Below are positions 55,726 through 64,000 of a stretch of DNA of 64,000 nt, in pieces; position 1 is the first letter of the stretch; each line of letters opens with the position of its first letter. This stretch comes from Macrostomum lignano (Eukaryota): the NCBI GenBank assembly GCA_002269645.1, contig NIVC01001581.1, positions 1-64,000 on the forward strand, in the 5' to 3' direction. The position numbers and the translations under genes are program-made. Below the pieces are notes generated by a model, which saw only the letters and a program-made list of their open reading frames with translations, searched no databases and had not been told where the DNA came from.

Positions 55726-56504
55726 CCTAAATTGAACTAGCTTAGCCTTGGTCTAATGGTCTATAAGTATAATCAACAAATTTTTAAGGTAAAGTAATAA
55801 TTTGATCCCAAAAAAATTGAAAGTGTAATGTTATTGATGTCCACCGTTTTTAACTTTACAGCAATCGATGCTAAATAAATTTGCAGCACACTGATCAGTT
55901 GATTCCAGCAGCCCTGCTCCTGAGTGCACGGATTTGAAATGAGAACCTACTCGAAAATTGTAAAAGAGTGCCCCTATAGTAAATTCCTAATAATTCTTTA
56001 AGCAGCGTTTAAAAATAATCATGAAACATTCAACGCAACAATATAATAAGTTTGGAGTTTTTTGGTAAATGTGTTATGCACAATAACATTTTTGTTTTAC
56101 TTGTTGACGATAACATTTAAAAGGGATGTTTTATGTACAAGTCGAATATTCATGTTCATATTATAGGCAATAAATTTGGGGGATTCTTTGTAAGGTTGCA
56201 ATATAGCAGGAAGACGAACCCTGATTGCCGATTGATTGTTGCAAGACTTAAGCGGTCATGTATATTATAATCTGTATTTCCTTTTTAAGATTTATAAACC
56301 GGTGCTCTTAGGCCCCTAGTCTTTGTCTTCTGTGACATGCTATCTACTACTAGGCTTATGCCATGGATCAGAGGAAACAAAAATAAGGTATTTTATAAAA
56401 AATGCAAAATAATAAGCAGCTTTAGTCTGGATTTGGTGAGATTGCCAAAAATGATTCAATACAAAATCTAAAATTTAATATGCTTAATATTATAAATTAT
56501 AAGT

Positions 56505-56958
56505 AGGCAGTGCCCGCAGTGCTTATCCCCATGGTACTATAGGAATAATTTTTGTCTTATTCCAACAGTACCGTGGGAATACTTTTCTGCTTATCTGCAT
56601 GGCACACTGATGAGATAGCTGCCCTGTCTTTTACATATGCCATGGGAATAATTTAGTTTAGTACTTATGGTTGAATGCAGTATAACAACATAACAACACA
56701 GCTTCTTAGTATCCTCAATTTAAATTCCCTTTCAATAAGCTATAAACTATTCATGTATAGCATATATATATAGAAGATGGGGCAGCTATCTCGCTAGTGT
56801 GCCGTATGGATAAGCAGAAAATTATTCCCATGGCATATGTAGAAGATAGGGCAGCTATCTTGTTAGTGTGCTATGCAGATAAGTAGAAAATTATTCCCAT
56901 GGTACTGTTGGAATAAGACAAAAATTATTCCTAGGGTACATTAGGGATAAGCACTGCC
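56505..56958. mobile_element. Fold-back MITE with ~130-bp inverted arms
   Basis: GCAGTGCTTATCCC...GGAATAATTTTTGTCTTATTCCAACAGTACC at the left is mirrored by GGTACTGTTGGAATAAGACAAAAATTATTCC...GGGATAAGCACTGCC at the right; an internal arm segment is duplicated. Confidence 0.75.
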
Positions 56959-57497
56959 TTATAAATAAACTAACATGTTTCAATAACAAATGATATTTTT
57001 ACAAAGAATCCCAAGTTTCTAAACTGCTATATAAGTCTAAACAGCTTATTTATTTGAATAAATTAAAGTTTTTTAGTCTATCAATATTAGTACAAGTACT
57101 TTTTATTGCATATATATAAAGCAAAAGTAAAATGCAATTATAGAAATGTATGTCTAGGCCTATAATTAAATAGGCCTACCATTGGTAGATAAACTTAGGC
57201 TATTTATATATTTTGGCAAAAAGTTGATAATACATTAATAGATAAAATGATTAAAGTCTAAAACTTATAGTAACTAGGCCTATATATGAGTATAATATTA
57301 CTAGTATAACTATAAGAAGTGCTTTGAAAGTTTCTAGATATAGTAAGATGGCTTGTTTTAGGGCTTAGATATTTTATTTATTGCCATAAAAATATTTTCT
57401 GAGTTTGTACCTCTAATTTTATTCATAGATGGGTTTGTTGTCTTGAGCTATTAGGATTTTTCAATCATACCCCCATCTAGGAACATACAGCAACCAT

Positions 57498-57785
57498 CCT
57501 GATTGCAGCGCATGGGCATTTTGGCGGACGGCGTCCGGCGCGGATCTAATACGGCGTGGCGCGGCGCGTACGGCGTACGGCGATTAGTACGGCGCGGCGC
57601 GGTACTAATTAGATGCCAAGGCATTTAGGCTTGATAAGACAGTCATAGTTACTCCTGCCGTTTACCCTTTAGGGTTTTGCTTTTGTTAATTTTGCTTTAG
57701 GGTTTCTTTCACAGGTAAGTCATTTCACAGCGTGGCGCAGGTTGTGTAGGCGTCTGGCGTACTTAAGCCATGCGCTGCAATAGGG
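57498..57785. mobile_element. hAT-type MITE family 2, copy E; 28S cassette 57604-57667, minus
   Basis: Nearly identical to 8878-9156, with a perfect 8-bp TSD GCAACCAT (57490-97, 57786-93). Confidence 0.9.
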
Positions 57786-57879
57786 GCAACCATTGTCATA
57801 GAATAGAACTCTCTTGTAAGCATTTTAGACTTAAAGCCATGATTTATTATGACTACAAAATGGGTTTATCACCCTAAGA

Positions 57880-58952
57880 ATTACTAAATTGGCTTCAAAA
57901 CTGTTTTAATACTCTATACTATCGCGAACAATAGTTTTTGATTAGTATGCGGAATTCAGACGTGGTTAGCAGCACCTCCAAGATGAGCCCTGTTGTAGCA
58001 GGCCTACAACCACAGTTACCTAGCAAAACATTAATGAGGCAAAGTGGCTTATCTTGGAGGATCCTTGAATCACCTATTGCCAGCTTGGGGCAAGCCTGGA
58101 GATTAGATTAGAGGCACTTAATGAGATCCTGCACCAACACTTTTGAGTACAAAAGAGGTGTGCCCAGTGAATCCCCCACTGCCTCACTGCTGACCAGAAG
58201 ACTGCCAAGGTGGAGTGGTGCCAGTTCATGCTCACCAAATTCAACAGTGGATACTAGCAGTCTGTTTTTGATATTTTAACAGGTGATAAAACATGGATTT
58301 ACAATTTCAACCCTGAGACAAGGCATCAATCATTGGAGTGGTACTTTCTTAATAAGGATGACCTTTAAAAGAGAAGGCCATCCAATCCAGGAATTCAGGA
58401 AAGAAGATAGTCGCAGCATTCTTTAGCTGCTTAGGCTATATGGCCACAATAGCACTCAAGAGTCAGCAGATAGTGACAACACATTGGTACACCAATGTCT
58501 ATACCAAAAATCCTCAACATATGGGCCAAATGACATCTTGGAACTAGAGTCCATGGTCTTCTGTGGCACCATGACAATGACCCAGCATGCATGGCTACTT
58601 TGATTATTGACTTCGTGATTGATTCTGGAGTAAAATTGCTTCCACAAAAAATTGGCTTATACAAACAATCAATTTCCCTATACAAAAGTTGAGGCTAGTG
58701 TTTATTTAAACAGAATAATTTGCAACAGCAAATTTTCATTGAGTAAAACATGTTTTTTAAGAGGTATAGCAAAAAGAGATACAAAAAACCCATTGTACTG
58801 ATCTTTTTGTCAATCTTCTTGTCAATCTCAACTTTTTTGGCATGTATCTGTCTATGTGCTCAGATGTTTATGAGATTAAAGAATGGTTACATTTAAACGT
58901 TTATTTTAAAAGTTATGAGCCAGTTGCCAAGACTTTTTGCGCACCCTTCGTA
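57880..58952 (+). mobile_element. Degenerate mariner transposon remnant (5' end missing)
   Basis: Translation fragments CAQ*IPHCLT.DQK, ILTGDKTWIYNFNPETRHQSLEW and WHHDN. Right TIR TTTTTGCGCACCCTTCG followed by TA at 58951-52. Confidence 0.82.
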
Positions 58953-59694
58953 CTTTTGGATGTTGCTAACAAATAATCTAGCACTGAGGCATCCCAACTA
59001 ATGGCATAGTGATTTTGAGTCTAGCATTAGTCTTAAAAAGTTGCATTTGAAAGTTTACCTTAATATAAGAGCAAATTAATAAACTTGCCAATTATACAAT
59101 TGGTCATTAGTGCAGACAATTTGTGCTTCCCTTCTCTTCAATCTTCTATATTGTATTGACACAACAATACTAATAATTTTGTTGTCCATATCAACATGGC
59201 AAGCACTATGTCAGATAATTTTATAGTATTCTCTACTTGACCAGAATAATATTTCCTATAAATGAAAGGTTACAACAAAAAATTAGTAATTGTTAACAAT
59301 AGCAAATCCCAACTATAAATGGGTGACTTACATAAGCATCTTTTAGCAGTAGGTTGCTATCCACATGTTTAGCAAAATGCTAAAGCTTTGTGATGGATTT
59401 AGTAGGCAATGACTACAAAAAAGTGCTAATAGCAAGTGCAAATTTGCTTGTGGCATTTGACTTGATAGCCTCCTTGATTGCCAAATAGCACTTTTAAATC
59501 AAGTTTATCTAATCTAAAATATGGATTGGGTGATCAATAATATGGATTAAGTGAGCAATAACAAATGTTTATTTCTTAGCTATTTTCCCAATTAGAATAA
59601 ATGTAGAAAACCTGCAGACATGTAACATAGGGTCTAAAATTGTAGCTAAAAATGTGATGCAACATAGAACATGCTAACTTTTGCACCAAATAGG

Positions 59695-59766
59695 GTGTAG
59701 TACTAATTAGATAATGAGGCATTTAGATTTAATAGGACAGTCATAGTTATTCTTGCTGTTCACCTT
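59695..59766 (-). repeat. Isolated degenerate copy F of the 28S-derived cassette, adjacent and inverted relative to copy C
   Basis: ACTAATTAGATAATGAGGCATTTAGATTTAATAGGACAGTCATAGTTA aligns without gaps to the cassette in copies A, D and E. Confidence 0.75.
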
Positions 59767-59785
59767 AAATTGTACCATATACCAA

Positions 59786-60083
59786 CATACATATGCAACC
59801 TCCAAAATTTGGTTGGCCATGTGACTTAGTTTTAACAAAAAATGCAATGTAGTTTTTGGCCAAAAATGCAACTTACATGTAAAAGAAACCCTAAAGCAAA
59901 ACTAATGCAACTTTGGGTAAATGGCAGGAGTAACTATGACTGTCTTATTAAGGCAAAATGCCTCATTATCTACTTAGTACTACTTTAGTATTTATTTGGG
60001 TGGGCATTTTTGCAACTTACATTGGTTGCCTACCAAATTGGTTGGCCAGATCAGCCAACTTGGCTGACTGTTGCGCATGTACG
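59786..60083. mobile_element. hAT-type MITE family 1, copy C (older); 28S cassette 59915-59978, plus
   Basis: Degenerate TIRs CATACATATGCAAC and GTTGCGCATGTACG; colinear with the reverse complement of copy A; TSD eroded. Confidence 0.8.
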
Positions 60084-60875
60084 CACCACAATACAACCTG
60101 CCTTGACTCTAGCTGCAACACAACACCAGAAAATACCAAAATTGTGATGAATGGTTAGATGCCTTTTGTCTACATATTTCAATATGGGCTATTTTAATAA
60201 TTATACCATATGCTAATTACCAAGACTAAGATTATCTATGATGACTAAAAAGCAAACACCCCATTTTTTTGAACATATGCTAATTTATTAGCATATATAA
60301 ATTATTATAATGGTTGCATATAACAAAACTTTAAAATTAATTAAATTAAAACTTTGATGCTCCTTGTTTTATGAATGGCACTGATATAGATGCAATAATT
60401 GTATAATGAAATAATATTTTAATGTTTTGTTATGTTGCTTTTTAAAGCTTAGTAATATTTTGACAGAACAAGTTTTCTATTAATTTATAGTAAACAGAAA
60501 AAATTGAGTAATACTTCTAAGAAAATGGAGTTCCACTATTACACTTGATAGGGTTGTCCAATGATTGACTCTTGGCTATAATAGGACCAAGAAAGTAGCA
60601 AAAATGGTATTAACTTCAATCTTCAAATCCAATAATAGCATTTTGCCTTAGTGTAATGTTGACTGTGTATAGTCAGGTAGGCAACAAACTTTGCATTAAA
60701 GTTGTTTGATGCATTTTTAAGCATTATGCTATTTACACTTTTCTGCATGTGTGTAACATTCTGATTGGCATTTCTTAGTAGATTGCCTAACTATTTGGTA
60801 ACTGCTGCACTCAAGTGCTTCTGTACAGTTTCTTTTCTGGATAAATAATTTTAACTAATAAAATATCTAGCTACT

Positions 60876-63674
60876 ATGGCGCGAAAGAAGAATATTGCAG
60901 AGGATGAGTCCTCACAGGAGCAGCAGCCACCAACCCAGCATCATCACCAGCACAATACTCATCAGCATCAGTCGAGGCATGCTCAACAGCATCGATCTAA
61001 TAATAGGCATGGTCATAGTCGAAAAAATAATAATTCTTATCTTGAAGATGACTATAATTATCCATCATTTTTAATGCAACTTGAACAGCTGGGATTGGAG
61101 ATTCGCGACATTCCTGGTGAGTTTCATTTTCTAGGAAATTAGGGTTTATTACAGACTTTAAAATGTAAGGCTTCAAGGGTTTTTTAATGGTTCGATTCCG
61201 TGCAGTGACATTTGGGGCTTGTGTGTGCACGAAAATTGGCCAGGCGAGGTTGTTGTGCGGTTCACAGCCATGAGGGCCAACCCCCCAAGGCACAGAGATG
61301 TACATGCCTGACCGATTAGAAAGTCTGGGCCAGTGTACACCCTGTGTGAGCGTGTGTGCGAGTGCGTGTCTGCGTACGAATTATCGAAATAATTCCATTT
61401 ACTTAGTATTTATAGGTTTAAGTATAATAATAATTGATTACACCTGCCCTAATGGCCAGATGTGCAACCGACAGCTCAGCCGCAGCTATTACGCGGCGCA
61501 TCTGAACGCTGCGTACGGCTGTTCAGTCCAAGGACTGGGGGGTCGCCACACACACCCTCAATTACCCCAGCTAATGCTGGCATCCATTTTACAGTTGAGT
61601 GAACCGAAGCAATGCAGAGTTAAGTGTCTTTCTCAAGGACACAAATTGTTCCATGCCAGTGGGATCAGGAATCGAACCCCCGACCTTTAAGTCGTGAGTC
61701 CGACGCTCTAACCACTAGGCTACAACCCCCTACGCTAAAAGTATTTAAGTATAAATACGTTTAGATTCATGCAAAAATGGAATATAAGTTACAAATACTA
61801 TAGAAGGAACCGCATATCCCGCAGGCGACGGTAACTGTTTATTCAGAGCTCTCGGCGATCAGCTCGAAGGCAGCGACGCGTTGCACTTGAAGCATCGAGC
61901 CGACGTGGTCCAGTACATGCTGGCGCACAAAGACGATTTCGCTCCATTCGTAGATGACTCGACAAGTTTTGAAGACTACGTAAGGGAATTGGCCCGTCCC
62001 GGTACTTACGCTGGCAATGACGCTATTGTGGCATTCGCTAGATTGCATAAGCTCAACATAGTTATTCATCAGCTGGCCTCGCCGCCCTGGCAGATTGGCG
62101 GTAGCGGCGCCTCCGGCACTAGCGACAACGCTACAGATAGCGTTGTCATGCCAACCCAGCCTAGTAACAAGCAGTTACACCTGGCCTATCACAATGGCGA
62201 GCATTATTCTAGTATCAGGCGACTAGGTGATAGGTCAGCTACGCCGGCTAATGTGTCAATCAAATTTGATCAGCAAACTGCTTCAATTTCTGGCAACAAT
62301 AAGTCGGCTTTATCAGCGGCCGCCGCTGTTGCCGCTAGCACTTCGTCGATGCCTGAACCGTCCGCGGCCGAGCTTAACACGCTTGTGTCCGAGGTTGTCA
62401 ATCGTACAGGTTGCAACGATGTCGATCTGATTGCTGAATCGCTGCGGGAGTTGCAATTCGACCTTGATGAGACGGCGGCCTACGTCTTTCAGGTGAGGAC
62501 ACACTGACAGATGCTGAGACACACTGACAGATTCTGAGACACACTGATAGATGCTGAGACACACTGACAGATGCTGAGACACACTGACAGATGCTGAGAC
62601 ACACTGACAGATGCTGAGACACACTGACAGATGCTGAGACACACTGACAGATGCTGAGACACACTGACAGATGCTGAGACACACTGACAGATGCTGAGAC
62701 ACACTGACAGATGCTGAGACACACTGACAGATGCTGAGACACACTGACAGATTCTGAGACACACTGATAGATGCTGAGACACACTGACAGATGCTGAGAC
62801 ACACTGACAGATGCTGAGACACACTGACAGATGCTGAGACACACTGATAGATGCTGAGACACACTGACAGATGCTGAGACACACTGACAGATGCTGAGAC
62901 ACACTGACAGATGCTGAGACACACTGACAGATGCTGAGACACACTGACAGATGCTGAGACACACTGACAGATGCTGAGACACACTGACAGATTCTGAGAC
63001 ACACTGACAGATGCTGAGACACACTGACATATTCTGAGACACACTGACAGATGCTGAGACACACTGACAGATGCTGAGACACTGACAGATGCTGAGACAC
63101 ACTGACAGATGCTGAGACACTGACAGATGCTGAGACACACTGACAGATGCTGAGACACACTGACGCAGATGCTGAGACGGATTTTAAAACATACTGAGAC
63201 ATACAATAGAAAGACAGGAAGACACACTAAAATGGACACAAAGTCCTACATTAACATGACATACTAAGGCGTATGCTAAGACACATAAGACTTATGACAC
63301 AGACTTCACTAAGACAGCTACCGAGACACAGACAAACACTAAGATAGACAGTTAATTAATTAATAAAATAAGAATGAAATAAAATAAATTTATTTAATCC
63401 GCAGGTGCTCGAATCTGTAGTTAACGACGAAGCGTCAGTTGGCGCCAATCCGTCCACCCTTGTATTGGAGCAGCAACTGGAGCAACATCAGCTCCAGCAG
63501 CATCGGCAGCGTACTAAACCAACTAAGCGCGAAGCGAAACTATTGAAGAAAGAGCGAGCCACTGAGAGGCACAGGCGCATGCAGCTGCAGTCGGGCGATG
63601 ATGCCGACACAGACGAGACTGGCGCCGCTTCCGCCCTGATGATTCAGGCTGGCTCGCCGTTGCTGCAGCTATGA
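60876..63674 (+). CDS. OTUD3: OTU domain deubiquitinase OTUD3-like, 3 exons
   Basis: Exons 60876-61116, 61825-62492 and 63405-63674. Protein has [28 protein letters not shown] (catalytic Cys), FAPFVDD, PGTYAGNDAIVAFAR..NIVIHQL, LHLAYHNGEHYSSIR (catalytic His), a UBA-like segment and a basic C-terminal tail. Confidence 0.93.
61189..61378 (+). mobile_element. SINE-like family 2 copy in OTUD3 intron 1
   Basis: GGTTCGATTCC head and body shared with 13331-13520. Confidence 0.65.
61424..61730 (-). mobile_element. SINE family 1 copy in OTUD3 intron 1
   Basis: Reverse complement is colinear with 38796-39105, including head and tail. Confidence 0.87.
62499..63180. repeat. 20-bp minisatellite in OTUD3 intron 2
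   Basis: Unit ACACTGACAGATGCTGAGAC, beginning immediately after the donor. Confidence 0.95.
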
Positions 63675-64000
63675 TTTTGGTATTCGCTTCTGGATTGTTT
63701 TTTATTTCAATATTGAAGGGCTGCTTGAACAAGGGACTTCTTAGTGCGCCGGGGTTCCCTGCAACCAACAATTGAAGTGGAAATAATTAATATTTTATTA
63801 CATCTATTCTGTTTACTATAAGTCTTTTCTTTATCACTCTTATAAATCCATTCTTATTTATCTGCATATCTATTCTCCGCCTGTCAATATCCATTCTCAG
63901 TCTCTGGGTTTCTACGAGTATTCTCAGTCTCTAGATATCTCTAGATATTTCTTCTCCGTCTTTAAATATCTATTCTCCGTACTTGACCCCTATTCTCCGT

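Noticed and set aside
56600-56640. CTGATGAG as a hammerhead ribozyme core
   Set aside because: No GAAA-closed stem II or cleavage triplet geometry; it is part of a MITE arm.
62313-63239. SVSQHLSVC-repeat ORFs
   Set aside because: Antisense translation of the OTUD3 intronic 20-bp repeat.

Overview
Eukaryotic (animal) genomic DNA with GC-rich exons and AT-rich introns packed with repeats. The architecture resembles a free-living flatworm such as Macrostomum, but that is inference only. Seven host genes were reconstructed by hand with GT-AG splice sites: SMIM14 (with a 1-nt frameshift), an Ena/VASP gene (start exon not found) with a tRNA-Arg(CCT) in its intron, a divergent DEG/ENaC channel, a clarin-like tetraspan protein, a class A GPCR, ASPSCR1/TUG (11 exons, minus strand) and OTUD3. 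Mobile DNA includes a degenerate Ty3/Gypsy element whose 5' LTR is interrupted by a P-superfamily THAP element (7-bp TSD), a second P/THAP deletion derivative with nested Tc1-like and MITE insertions, a mariner remnant, two tRNA-derived SINE families and several MITEs. Most enlarged introns are filled by their own private minisatellite, and these repeats explain nearly all long ORFs in the supplied track. The most unusual signal is a set of hAT-type MITEs (8-bp TSDs, two unrelated TIR families) sharing a 64-nt cassette derived from the 28S rRNA helix 69-71 region. In that cassette the R2/I-PpoI/Pokey target bases are scrambled or deleted, and it sits next to a back-to-back splice acceptor/donor motif.
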